A DNA stretch of 62,981 nucleotides, filler included, from Octopus bimaculoides (Eukaryota), in the NCBI RefSeq assembly GCF_001194135.2. It is 7 parts of 5 records of this genome, joined end to end, with 100 filler letters (N's around TTAATTAATTAA, not from the genome) between each part and the next. Parts side by side here need not be neighbours in the genome. Positions count along the whole stretch, not along the records: positions 40,006 to 54,683 come from NC_068988.1; positions 54,784 to 60,092 come from NC_068985.1; positions 60,193 to 62,981 come from NC_068999.1; 4 more parts are not named here. One strand, given 5' to 3'. Under the pieces are notes generated by a model that saw only the letters and a program-made list of their open reading frames with translations, did no database searches and had not been told where the DNA came from. The translations under genes were made by a program, and so were the position numbers. Of this stretch, positions 49,945-62,981 are shown one piece after another. Each line of letters starts with the position of its first letter. The first letter of the stretch is position 1.

Positions 49945-50638
49945 AAAGAAACAACAAGTAACTGCAGAATATGTGGAGATGGACAAGAAACAATAAATCA
50001 TATTATCTCTGGCTGCCCAGTCCTGGCTAAGAAGGAATATATTCACAGACACTACAAAGTTGGGACCTATATACACTGGAAGCTATGCCAACACTATGGA
50101 ATAACAACAGAAAAAAGATGGTATAAACACACGTCAGAAAAGGTCCCAGAAAACGAGAAAGCAACCATACTCTGGGATATGCCAATACACACAGATAGAG
50201 AAATTAAGGCCAATAGACCAGATATAGTTGTCAAAGATCATGAAGAAAAAAAAAACTTTCTAATTGATGTATCAATACCAGCAGATGACAAAGTTTCTCT
50301 AAAAGAAATAGAGAAACTTTCAAAATACAAAGACCTGGAAATCGAGGTAACTCGAATGTGGAATCTAAAAGCAGAAACAATACCTGTCATAGTAGGCGCA
50401 TTAGGTATAATAAAAAAATATTCAGACAAATCCATAACAAAAACACCAGGACTTACAAGTATATATAACATACAGAAAATTGCACTACTGGGCACTGCAC
50501 ACATTCTACGCAAAACACTTTCAATGCAGTAACCATAAGAGCATCACAGCAAACCACAGCACATACCCACGGCACACAGAGCTGTGCTCGGTAGTGAAGT
50601 GAAAGCACGCTATAAAAATAAAACTACTGAATAATAAT
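49945..50638 (+). mobile_element. R4/Dong-like non-LTR retrotransposon 3' end (family A): CCHC knuckle plus PD-(D/E)xK endonuclease, 5'-truncated
   Basis: Open frame 49945-50532: CRICGDGQETINHIISGC (CX2CX8HX4C), RPDIVVKD...LIDVSIP...KEIEKLSKY, ALLGTAHILRK. Short 3' UTR, AAT tail, preceded by (AAT)/(TAG)n. Confidence 0.88.
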
Positions 50639-50651
50639 TATGATTCTAATT

Positions 50652-51138
50652 ATAAATGCCCTGATGCAGTACCAGACAGTGGCTCTCGTGGCTTCTGATC
50701 TTAACTGATTGGAAATATTATCATGTACATGTTTTGTCTTGGCTTAAAAGATGAGCTACAGCAAATATTCTGCTCAGTACCACAGATTTGCTTGTCAGTT
50801 GTTTGATCTTAACCAATTGAGCATGTCCCTTAGTGTTGAGAAGGATTCTTTGGTGTTTGAATAATTCACTCTTGGAAACTTTGGTGTTTCGTTCATTATC
50901 CTTAAACAACCCTTTTGGGGGGGCCTTTTAACCTGAAGAAAATCCTAACTGGGTCGCTCCTGCAAGGCCACGTGCTGTTTATCTTGATGTGAGTTCACCG
51001 CGTCGTATACATATGGTTGTGATGTCTGTGCCTGGTGTACCCTTATCAGACGGGTAGTCATGATGGGTATATTGGGCTTTGTATATTTGTACCCCAGTGT
51101 CACTTTGATGGCATGTTCTGCTCTCTCACTCTATAATA
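50652..51138 (+). mobile_element. Family X retroposon copy directly after the family A R4/Dong tail
   Basis: Shares cagttgtttgatcttaacc...cccttatcagacgggtagtc...ctctctcactc with 49270-49685. Confidence 0.7.
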
Positions 51139-51461
51139 ACGCCTCTGATTTAGACGCAAGACCAACAGTTTTAAAAGATCATGGTTATTGCATACCATAC
51201 ACATATATATGAGTACCAGACTTAAACACTTAGACGAAGCATATATATATCAGCACACATACATGTATACACTTCTAACAGTAAGCGGGTGTGCAAATTA
51301 ACTCATTAAATACATAACATTTTGTGAATGGACAGTATTTTAGAGTGCAAATTTCAAAGACAAAGAATGAAAATCCTTAGTTTTGGCTTTAGAGATGGAT
51401 ACATACAGAAAACATGCGAGAGAGGGAGGGAAGAGAATACTGATTTTTTCCGATTTACCTA

Positions 51462-51494
<33 letters not shown>

Positions 51495-53465
51495 GAGCAT
51501 GGTGGAGTGGCATAAGATCTAGAGTGTGAAGCCCAATATTTAACAGTTTATAGTACGAGTGTTTAGTTGAAATGTTGCTGGCATTACTAATAGCCTTATA
51601 TTTGGCTTGATTCAATCAAATATCTCCCACTTCATCCTAAAATGTGCCAATTTATTTCTGATATATTCACAAGTTCTCAAATCCGGAGGGGAGCTTTTAT
51701 CAAATTAATCGACTCTCCACTTTATTTGATCTCCCCCATTCTCGAACGATAAAACATGTATTGCTATCGGTGAGATTCGAACTTTGAACGTAAATGGTTG
51801 TAACTAAATATTGTAAATTCTTTTATTTGTTGCTCTAACGGTTCTGCCAATCAAAATCTAAGTAATTAATGCTACCCATTGAAATGACAGAAACAGTCTT
51901 GTATCAAATTCTCCCACAGGATTTACTTTCGTTTAGGTTCTCTATAGAGAAGTCTTATTGGGATCCAATTTATCTATTATCCCCTTTGGATTAAAGTAAT
52001 CACCAGTCGAGTAGTGAAATCTGTTTAATTGATTGACACCCACTTCTACGAATGTGAAGCCTTGTGCTAATACAAGAAATCTTTATAGGAGCAGAAATCA
52101 ACACTCAGTGAAGTGACTCAGTGATTTGATCTCAATTTCCTTTTTGAGATAATTTTACTTCACTTTATTTCTGTTACTAAAACACAAACATCACGTTAAA
52201 ACGTCTTATTTCCATCCCTTATAAATCTGGGACCATCTGTTCAGTCAAAGTAAATGGATATCGATAATGGTTGTGTGGGTGGGGTCGTTAATAAAATTCA
52301 GTGGTCACGCATTGTTTGTTCATTTGATCAGTGGTGGTGCCTCTGTTCTTATCGCGCTGTTTGTATTTAAATAAACAACAAAGACAAAGCTGTTATCTTA
52401 CTTCATTCACAACCTTTGCTCTCGTCGAGCTGGGCGTCAACCATATAGTTTCTTGATAAAAGCCCCAGTAACGATAATATATTTTACCTTATCTGTATCA
52501 GGTACCTCCCTTTCATCTATTCAACAATACCTTGCTTCATAAAAGGTGAAAAGACGGGTCTGGAGTAACTGATATAGTAACTAGCAGGTAGTAGCAGAAG
52601 GTGAATTTACGGATCATATAATGTGCACAGGTGTAGGGATGAGAGCCAAGTATTCGACTACCTGCGTTGTGTCATATTTTCAGAACAGCTACTGGCTTTT
52701 CTCTGTGCTTCGTCGCATTTCGTTGTTTTAGCTTCTAGGCTAAACATTCCTTCAAAATACTTAGCTGTGTAGAATATGTATATGACCCTCTGGATTGGTT
52801 CTGCATCTAAAAAGATTCTGCATCGAGCCAAAGTTCCAGTGTACCAACCGTCTCCATTGCTTCTGCATTGGATTCGGTGCTTTGATTTTAATCTTAGGCT
52901 ACGTATGATGGCTGTTGTATAAAGAGTTTATTCTAAATTAAGCAATAGATTTCTGTTCTCAAATTCATTGCTAGGTAGACAATGCGATATTAACAAGTGG
53001 TATGAGTAAGCGAGTTTTAATCTTGGTTTTCGTTGGGGGCACGCAACAGCGTGTCTCATTGTGAATAAATGCAGCATCTCGTGGCCAATGAACTGCCATC
53101 CTATCAGTATCTTTTCCAGTAAAACATACGCAATAGAAATAGTCACCTTCATTTATATTATACGAAATGTAAAGAGTCTGGGAGTATCATCTCTTTCATT
53201 ACTTTCAGTTGCTTTCATATTTGGTTTGTAGAACAGCTTTTGAAATATTGGGTCTATCAGGAAAGTGCTTTCTTATGTCAGTCGTCAATAGTTTCTTGAC
53301 CTTCAAAAATTTGTCAAAAGCGATATTCCTTCCGCGTTAATCACGTCAAGGAACAATTAAGATCTTTCGGCAGTGGAAAAGATTTCACTCTCTTTCCGAA
53401 AGCATCACCAAACCCTATGCTTGCCAACTAGCAACAGCTACTACACCACCTTTTACACACACACA

Positions 53466-53524
<59 letters not shown>

Positions 53525-54601
53525 ACACGTGTGTGTATAGGGGTGGTCTGTACAATTATATAATTAGACATTAAATGTTCAATGAATGATTGGTTTGGGT
53601 TTTGTCATGCTGAGTTTTAAATTTTCAATACGGAAAGAAGTATTTTATTATTTAGCTTCGAAGACATTTGAGTGCGTATAACGGAAATCTACTTTGCATC
53701 AAACATTCTTGCTAGGTCTCTGAGTACAATATACCCCTTTGCTTCACCTGTTACAAAGCCCCTGATATGAATCACAGGTAATATCTTCTTGCTCTAAGTA
53801 ACCCTTGAAAAAACAAAAATTACAAACGACACTAGATTTCTAGACGCAAAACCAAGAACCAAGGTGCAGGGTTGGAGCCAAAACAAAATATCTAGATAGA
53901 AAACTTATCCATAACAGCTTGTTGGCTTTACAAGAAGATTCCAAAGAGATACGAATTGATTTAGCTCAGGATGGTAGGCAATCGATTATTTTGGTATCCG
54001 ACAGAGCTCATCAAATATCCATGAACACACAGCTATACGTTAAACTACCTGTCAGCTAACATTCCAGAATTGTGTTTATTGGTTTTTAGATGAATATTTG
54101 CAGTTGCTCAAATTAATGCAATATCGTGTAATGTCGACGATACTTAGCTTTCAAAAGACCTGGACTACCGAAAATATAATTCGTATCCTGTGGACATATA
54201 GTCTGCTTAAACATAAACTGGTACTACATTGCACATCTACATACATATTCATCCATGTATGTACGTATTTCTGTCGACCTGTATGTATGTATGTATGTAT
54301 GTATGTATGTATGTATGTATGTATGTATGTATGTATGTGTGTGTGTGTGTGTGTATGTATGTATGGATGTATGGATGTATGGATGGATGGATGTATGCAT
54401 GCAATTATGTATACAGCTAGATTCGCTGTACACAGTCGTATCCCAAAGGCCAAATTTGCTTACTTTCACTTTTGCTGTCCCATAGAATTCTTTAAATTTG
54501 CTATTTTTTTTTTTGTTTGTTTCGTCAAAATTTCCAATTGCATACATCAAAATTTACATTACATGTAAATGTGAAGTGTCTAAGTGAATCACCTTATGTG
54601 A

Positions 54602-54683
<82 letters not shown>

Positions 54684-54783
54684 NNNNNNNNNNNNNNNNN
54701 NNNNNNNNNNNNNNNNNNNNNNNNNNNTTAATTAATTAANNNNNNNNNNNNNNNNNNNNNNNNNNNNNNNNNNNNNNNNNNNN
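54684..54783. other. Artificial assembly spacer
   Basis: Motif at 54728-54739, 44 N on each side. Confidence 0.95.
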
Positions 54784-55097
54784 ATATATATATATATATA
54801 TATATAGATGCATGCATACACAAACACAATAACATACATACATGCAAGGAATGAAATAATAAATGTATCAAATTTGCCTGTCAACCAGGATAAAAGAAAT
54901 TTTAAAAAACACATCATCACCGTCGTCAACGTCACCATCGTGATCATGTTCATGATCACCACCACAACCACCACCACCACCACCACCATTAACATCATCA
55001 ACATCAACATCATCATCATCATCATCTTCATCATCATCATGATCATGATCGTCATCCTCGTCATCATCATCATCATCATCTTCCTTTTCTTCTTTTT

Positions 55098-55146
<49 letters not shown>

Positions 55147-56095
55147 TACTACTACTACTACTACTACTACTAAAACTACTACTTATGATGATGATGATGA
55201 TGATGTTGATGAGAATAATAATATCAACAACAGCAATAGTAATAATAATAGTAGTAGTAGTAGTAGTATTAGTGGTGGTGGTGGTGGTGGTAGTATTAGT
55301 AGTGGTGTTNNNNNNNNNNNNNNNNNNNNNNNNNNNNNNNNNNNNNNNNNNNNNNNNNNNNNNNNNNNNNNNNNNNNNNNNNNNNNNNNNNNNNNNNNNN
55401 NNNNNNNNNATATATATATACACACACACGCGCACATACACAGACGCGCACACACACGCACCCCCCACTCATATATATTTATATGTTGGTTTGTTTCTGT
55501 GCATCTACATCTGTATACATATTTATCAAACAAACGTTATGTAGAGAATATTTACTAAGATGTAGTAGTTAAGGATCAATACTAATCCGCGATTGTAAGA
55601 TAGTACTGTTATTATCGATATGTCCCTAGCGATCTTTAATTGCTATCGACCCCACTCCACACAAACACGCACTCATACAAACATAGGAACACATACATAT
55701 ACACATTCACACGAACACGCACAAACACACGTCAGCACACACATATATGCATATAAAGCTGTATATTATTTACACACACAAATAATTACACAAATGTATT
55801 TGTAAAAATGTATGTGTATATAAAGATTGAAAACGATTGAGAGAGAAAGAGATAGAGGCAGAGACAAAGAGATAGTGAGAGACAGATAAAGAGGGAGAAT
55901 GAAATTGAGAGAGTGAGAAAGGGAAGGTGAGAAAAACTTGAAAGTGGGAGAATACAAGCAAAAATTAGCGGAATTTGGTGGGGGTATATATGTCACAAGT
56001 AAATAGACATGTCGACATGTCATCTCAGTAAAAATAACATGTCAAGTCTGGAGAAATGGTACGGAGTTAAATAAAAATTGCCTTCGCATAAACTT

Positions 56096-56129
<34 letters not shown>

Positions 56130-56707
56130 NNNNNNNNNNNNNNNNNNNNNNNNNNNNNNNNNNNNNNNNNNNNNNNNNNNNNNNNNNNNNNNNNNNNNNN
56201 NNNNNNNNNNNNNNNNNNNNNNNNNNNNNNNNNNNNNNNNNNNNNNNNNNNNNNNNNNNNNNNNNNNNNNNNNNNNNNNNNNNNNNNNNNNNNNNNNNNN
56301 NNNNNNNNNNNNNNNNNNNNNNNNNNNNNNNNNNNNNNNNNNNNNNNNNNNNNNNNNNNNNNNNNNNNNNNNNNNNNNNNNNNNNNNNNNNNNNNNNNNN
56401 NNNNNNNNNNNNNNNNNNNNNNNNNNNNNNNNNNNNNNNNNNNNNNNNNNNNNNNNNNNNNNNNNNNNNNNNNNNNNNNNNNNNNNNNNNNNNNNNNNNN
56501 NNNNNNNNNNNNNNNNNNNNNNNNNNNNNNNNNNNNNNNNNNNNNNNNNNNNNNNNNNNNNNNNNNNNNNNNNNNNNNNNNNNNNNNNNNNNNNNNNNNN
56601 NNNNNNNNNNNNNNNNNNNNNNNNNNNNNNNNNNNNNNNNNNNNNNNNNNNNNNNNNNNNNNNNNNNNNNNNNNNNNNNNNNNNNNNNNNNNNNNNNNNN
56701 NNNNNNN

Positions 56708-56742
<35 letters not shown>

Positions 56743-57351
56743 TTGTGTGTGTGTGAGTGTATGTGTGTGTATGTATGTGTGTTTGTGCGTGTGTCGTCGG
56801 CGGTATGAGCATCTGAGAAATTGTACGTGAAATATCTACGTGGTGGCCAATGAACGTATGCTAACGCATGTCTGTAATCATTCAAATTTGTCGCTGGCAT
56901 AATTTGATATATGCTGGCAGCATAGGAAGATAGGAAGATAATTTCTGCAATAAGATTCCAAAGTCAACACCGTTTACCCCTGACAAAAATTACTCCAATT
57001 TCGAATCATATGACATTATGTTTTCATTTTCTGAAGATTCCCTCAATTATATATTTATACTTATTTCATGTATTATCCAGGAGTTGTTTTTCTTTATACT
57101 TTTTTTTCGCAATTTTATAGGTCTTTATTGTGGGATTTTCTTGCTGTTTTACTTTTCGCTAATAGTTTTTTTTCCCCTTTTATATGCCATTATATCTTTT
57201 TATCTGGATATATTTTTCTCCTTCCTTTCTAGTTCTGCCTAACGTATATTATTCTCATTGCCATTATCAATATTCTCTTCCGTGTATACTGTTACTGGTT
57301 ATTACACGTCACCAGGTCATTCGGAAGTGGTAAACAACATACACATATACA

Positions 57352-57387
<36 letters not shown>

Positions 57388-58313
57388 NNNNNNNNNNNNN
57401 NNNNNNNNNNNNNNNNNNNNNNNNNNNNNNNNNNNNNNNNNNNNNNNNNNNNNNNNNNNNNNNNNNNNNNNNNNNNNNNNNNNNNNNNNNNNNNNNNNNN
57501 NNNNNNNNNNNNNNNNNNNNNNNNNNNNNNNNNNNNNNNNNNNNNNNNNNNNNNNNNNNNNNNNNNNNNNNNNNNNNNNNNNNNNNNNNNNNNNNNNNNN
57601 NNNNNNNNNNNNNNNNNNNNNNNNNNNNNNNNNNNNNNNNNNNNNNNNNNNNNNNNNNNNNNNNNNNNNNNNNNNNNNNNNNNNNNNNNNNNNNNNNNNN
57701 NNNNNNNNNNNNNNNNNNNNNNNNNNNNNNNNNNNNNNNNNNNNNNNNNNNNNNNNNNNNNNNNNNNNNNNNNNNNNNNNNNNNNNNNNNNNNNNNNNNN
57801 NNNNNNNNNNNNNNNNNNNNNNNNNNNNNNNNNNNNNNNNNNNNNNNNNNNNNNNNNNNNNNNNNNNNNNNNNNNNNNNNNNNNNNNNNNNNNNNNNNNN
57901 NNNNNNNNNNNNNNNNNNNNNNNNNNNNNNNNNNNNNNNNNNNNNNNNNNNNNNNNNNNNNNNNNNNNNNNNNNNNNNNNNNNNNNNNNNNNNNNNNNNN
58001 NNNNNNNNNNNNNNNNNNNNNNNNNNNNNNNNNNNNNNNNNNNNNNNNNNNNNNNNNNNNNNNNNNNNNNNNNNNNNNNNNNNNNNNNNNNNNNNNNNNN
58101 NNNNNNNNNNNNNNNNNNNNNNNNNNNNNNNNNNNNNNNNNNNNNNNNNNNNNNNNNNNNNNNNNNNNNNNNNNNNNNNNNNNNNNNNNNNNNNNNNNNN
58201 NNNNNNNNNNNNNNNNNNNNNNNNNNNNNNNNNNNNNNNNNNNNNNNNNNNNNNNNNNNNNNNNGGGGAATGATGATGATGATGATGATAATAATAATAA
58301 TAATAATGATAAT

Positions 58314-58487
58314 AGAAAATTGCACTACTGGGTACTGCACACATTCTACGCAAAACACTTTTAATACAGTAAACATAAGAGCACCACAGCAATCCAGAGC
58401 ACATACCCAAGGCACACAGAGCTGCGCTCGGTAGTGAAGTGAAAGCACGTTATAAAAATAAAACTACTGAACAATAATAATAATAAT
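58314..58487 (+). mobile_element. R4/Dong-like family A, short 3' copy
   Basis: KIALLGTAHILRK plus the shared 3' UTR, between (GAT)/(AAT)n and an AAT tail. Confidence 0.85.
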
Positions 58488-60092
58488 TTTTTTATTAGCC
58501 AGAAGTCGTATATAAAATTGCAATCAAACGTTTTAAGTGAAGGATTACAAAAATGCTTGGAGCAACGTGATAAATAACGAGTGGATGGGTAAAGAAGCTA
58601 TAAAACGCGAGTATTAATCTTAGAAAACTTGCATGAACATTTTTATAAATGGGAGAAGGGATATTACATAAATAAAAACTCACAGGTAAACAACATATAA
58701 TTCTAAACTATGAAACATACTTTGAATAACAAGCCGACACAAAAGTGAAAAGCCTACCTGATGTGATGAACTACCAGACCCCGTGATACTGGCTATGGGC
58801 CGCACCTTGAAACTGGCATATCAACAGGTACCTGTGAGCATCTTTGGTGTCGGGCGGGGCAATAAATATTTCTGTTTTCGCATCGGCTGATCATAGGATA
58901 CACTATTGTTTTCATTAACAGTCCGTCATTTTGCAGGATATTAATCTTCTCAATTAATACCTTACGATCACCTTCTCCATCCTGCAGATCATTTGGTTGC
59001 TCTGTTGTTAACTTATAGATTATGTGTGTGTGCTCGCATGTGTATGTGTATGTATGCGAAGAAATACGAATTTATACAATCCTAGATGACGATGAGCTCC
59101 TCTTTAGAAAATTTCCATTGCTTTTCCTACACGTGCTCTTTATGATGGGTAGGGGGTGCATTTTGTACTTTCAGCCTATCCTTCTCTCTCCAGCATTCTG
59201 CCACCCATGTGATTTTGTTTTCCGCCTCTTCTGCATAGTTGCGAGACAAATGCAGAACCGGAGGTATTCCCTCAGTTTCCTGATCACCACATCGAACCGA
59301 AGACGAGATGGACTATTTCTGATGTTTCGATGGTATGATTTGTGGAACCCTTAGAACAAAAGTCCTATGACATTATCTGTTGTTGATTGCAGTTCTACCT
59401 TCTGCACCTCTTCTAGGCAGAGACACTTAGATAGCTTTTTCTTCGATACGTGTAGCAGCTGAGAATTTGTAGAAGAAGAACCAGTGATGAAGGTTTTCTT
59501 TCAGCACTCGGGGACATAACTCAGGCTTCATTTTGTGATGCTGAGGATTTATAGAGAATTTTATATTCATAGAACCCCTGTCCGACTATGTTACGTCAAG
59601 TTTAACATCAATGGTGACATCCTGCTATTATTTGGCACCGAACTAACAATGTGCTGTGAATGAAGGTTGATTTGAATGTTTTTTAAAACTGATCAAGTGT
59701 GTAAAGAGCTAAGGTCAAGTTAGATTTAGTTACATAATGACTGTTTTAGTTTAGCTAAATACGTTGGTGTGTGTCTGTCGCTGAGAAGACCGAATGAAAT
59801 TAAAATTTCGTGTATGTCGGTTTGTTGACGACTTTAGGACTTGTAGTTTTTTTTTTTTTCATAAGAGAAAGAAGGATTGTCCACACAGCTTCTTACAAAT
59901 ATGGGATATTAGTGCCCCAAAATAAAATATTGAAATGTTATATTTTAAAAGAATGTACACATTTCAGAGAAAACTTGAAGGTTAACGGTTAAAAATGAAC
60001 AATATTAAAAGTTAACACTGAAATTAACAACTGGGAATTACGAATTAAAAAATTTTCATTAAAATAGACAGGGTGTTGAAAACTTAAAAAGT

Positions 60093-60192
60093 NNNNNNNN
60101 NNNNNNNNNNNNNNNNNNNNNNNNNNNNNNNNNNNNTTAATTAATTAANNNNNNNNNNNNNNNNNNNNNNNNNNNNNNNNNNNNNNNNNNNN
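60093..60192. other. Artificial assembly spacer
   Basis: Motif at 60137-60148, 44 N on each side. Confidence 0.95.
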
Positions 60193-60230
<38 letters not shown>

Positions 60231-62981
60231 CACACACACACACAGACACACACATATATTTATTTGTTTGAAAACATGACGACTTTTCACTAACCGGCTA
60301 ATGGTTTCGGTTTTTGATGAGATTTCCATGCTCGAATAAGAAGGGTAAAATACAATGAGGTCAATTATTCTTTCATAACCACGCTTCTGGAATTCCACAT
60401 GTTTATCCAGAAAGATCACATGACACTCTAAATTTTTCGTTCTGATTCTTGTCAGTTGGCAGCCATTGCCTGTTCATGAAAATCTCATCATGGAAGATTG
60501 TTAGTGTTGAATGTGCCGCCTTTAATCAACTTGCATAGATGTGGTATTGGCTTGGAGTAGTTGACCGCCTCTAATGTAGTAGTAGTAGTAGTAGTTGTAG
60601 TAGTAGTAGCAGTAGTTGTTGTTCTGGTAATGGTGGTGGTGGTGATGGTGATTGTAGTAGCAGCAGTGACAACAGTTTTAATGTGATGTCTTCCCATTTC
60701 TATTTATGCAAACTGTCAAATTTGGCGCCAACAAATTGTAAGGCCCCGTTTAATGATGTGGGACCGTATGATGTGAGACACAAACAAAGACTATTACCGT
60801 TAAATCACAACCGGTTTTGTAAGCGTCATCCTCGGTGGATGAGAACGGTAGCATTTGCGCCCGATCGCAGTAGTAGGCGAGACAGTATTAGTAGCAACAA
60901 ACGCTTAGAACACTCTATGATCTGGATAAAAATAATGATGTTTGCTCGTATAAGTAGTCCAGGTATAACTTAAGAGTTGCAGTGGTAGTGACTCCAATGT
61001 GGCTGGCAGTAATATTGATGGTGGTTTTTGCCTCGCTATCGCTGTCACAGGAATTTTTACATGGCTGTTATTTGTTAATTATGGTCAATCCTTTGTCAGT
61101 TCTTTGGAGTCGTGGTGTATTATCACCAAAATTATAGCGCTATATTCTCATCCCTTAGAAGGAAACAGTCTTCGAGGTACATTCTCCTGCTTCCATTCTT
61201 ATATATACATACATATATATATTATGGTATTTAGTGTAGCATGATCTCTGTTTTCCTCAACATGTGTCTACATCTATTTATTATCAGCGAGAAACTTTCT
61301 CTCTGACAGAATACAGTCAATGAACATCATACCGTTTCAAGAATATTTTAATCATTTACAACAGTGTTTCGCACAATTTTCGGGCTGCTGTCCCACTTTG
61401 ATATCTAGGTAACATTCTAGCGCCACCACTCCAAACACACATCACTAACATAGACCTCTTTTTGAAGCAGATTTAAAGCAAATGTATTTCACAAATAAAA
61501 CTTAAACAAAGGAAGCCATTATTTTTTGCTTGTTTTTACATGAATCGCTTCCCCGTTATAGCCCCAGTTTTCTTCAACGCTCCCTTGGAAATTTTCACCG
61601 CCCCACGGGGTCAATACTGTCCTTTTGGGAACGACTGATTTACTAGATACGACGCAGTGACACTTTGACCTAGAGGCAGGCAGTTAGCAAACAAACATCT
61701 TACTACGCATGAATACACATTTTGGAATGTTGTTAACTAATGCATTGTACCCAACATTATAAATATATCACCGCATAATTTTAATACAGACACACAATGC
61801 GTACGCACACAATCATACATAAGCAAGGGTTTGTGCTATCATAGTTGGTTAGAAAATATGTTACCCTAGATATGGGAATAGGAATACAACTCCAAGATAG
61901 GTCACAGCAACCGTCAAATCACAAATAAAAAGTAGCTTGATAATTGTGTCAGGAATTGATATTTTGAGTTGAATCAGCATTATTGTGACGGCTGCGTTGC
62001 TAGCGGAAGTAGAATATCTCTATAAAATGTCAGTATCATGTTGGCAATGATAAAACCCATCACTGGCAAAGAAGCGGACATAGATATCATACATGAAATA
62101 ACACTATTATGGTTCTCTGTATTGAGCACTTGCAATGAGGTATGAGTCGTATTATCACTTTATATNNNNNNNNNNNNNNNNNNNNNNNNNNNNNNNNNNN
62201 NNNNNNNNNNNNNNNNNNNNNNNNNNNNNNNNNNNNNNNNNNNNNNNNNNNNNNNNNNNNNNNNNNNNATATATGGATATATATATGAAGCCTTATATAG
62301 AAGGGAAGATAGATATAGAGACAGAAAGATTTGTAGATAGATAGATGGATAGACATACAGACTGACAGATATACACTCAAGCATGATTATAGATACGAAG
62401 ACATAGGAGAGATAGAAAGAGAAAAGAAAAATGTATAATATGCGTATCTGGAGCATGTAAGTAGGTTTAAACGAAATTCATCGAATTTTTCAGTAGACTG
62501 ATTCGGGATCCTAAATAATCTGAAAGTAGAAATTGAAGTGTGTTTCCTTTAAACAGCATTTATTCATGCAATATTGATTCTTTGCATTATTATCTTCTTT
62601 AAAATTATTTTTTACGCCGCCAAGCTCTCTTTGCATCAGATTTAATTTTTGCTATTAATTTTATTCGCCTGTCACTCTCCTTACTAGGGATCGTTTTATT
62701 TCTTTAGTTATTTATTTAATTATTTATTTTGCTTCGTCTTTCTTTCCACAATCGAGAATTATTTCGTAAAGCAGCTCTCAATGAAGTGTACGTATCTCCA
62801 CTGATCTGACAGGAATCAATATTTTTCTCTGGCGTTTGCAGATAAAGAAATGGTCTAAAAAGCCACGATCCAAAATAATTCAACTAACTTGAAAGGAAAA
62901 AAAATATAGCGTTCAGATATATATATATATAGATATATTGTATGCATTTATATATACCTATTTATGTACATACATACATAC

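Noticed and set aside
52550-53450. Possible CR1/L2-type RT remnant on the minus strand (GMFSLE...)
   Set aside because: Only one short motif is recognisable; not enough to call without a search.
13145-62456. Dozens of ORFs rich in HT, YI, CV, poly-I/V/S/T or X
   Set aside because: They are translations of (CA)n, (TA)n and trinucleotide microsatellites or of N gaps; no protein signal.

Overview
Eukaryotic, AT-rich, microsatellite- and retroposon-dense genomic DNA, most likely from a coleoid cephalopod (octopus-like; inferred from the GST sequence and repeat style, not proven). The window is not one contiguous molecule. Six identical 100-bp spacers (44 N + TTAATTAATTAA + 44 N) split it into seven segments: 1-11919, 12020-15911, 16012-28496, 28597-39905, 40006-54683, 54784-60092, 60193-62981. 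Host genes: three exons of a choline transporter-like gene (SLC44A1/CTL1, + strand, segment 1) and three exons of a sigma-class GST / short S-crystallin-like gene (- strand, segment 3) that needs a GC-AG intron. Mobile DNA: a rearranged Helitron RepHel remnant with a 3' hairpin, two further Helitron 3' ends, R4/Dong-like restriction-endonuclease LINE ends sitting only in (TAA)n tracts, RTE and Penelope-like fragments, three tRNA-type SINE families, and TTAA-flanked MITEs. Most interesting signals: a long foldback centred on an outward-facing telomere-repeat palindrome, a nested (TAA)n-associated retroposon cluster, a Glu codon in CTL1 that one A-to-I edit would restore to the conserved Gly, template-switch hairpins in the Helitron, and a degenerate Penelope-type hammerhead motif. 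Almost all ORFs in the supplied track are microsatellite or gap artefacts. All alignments were done by eye; no database searches were run.
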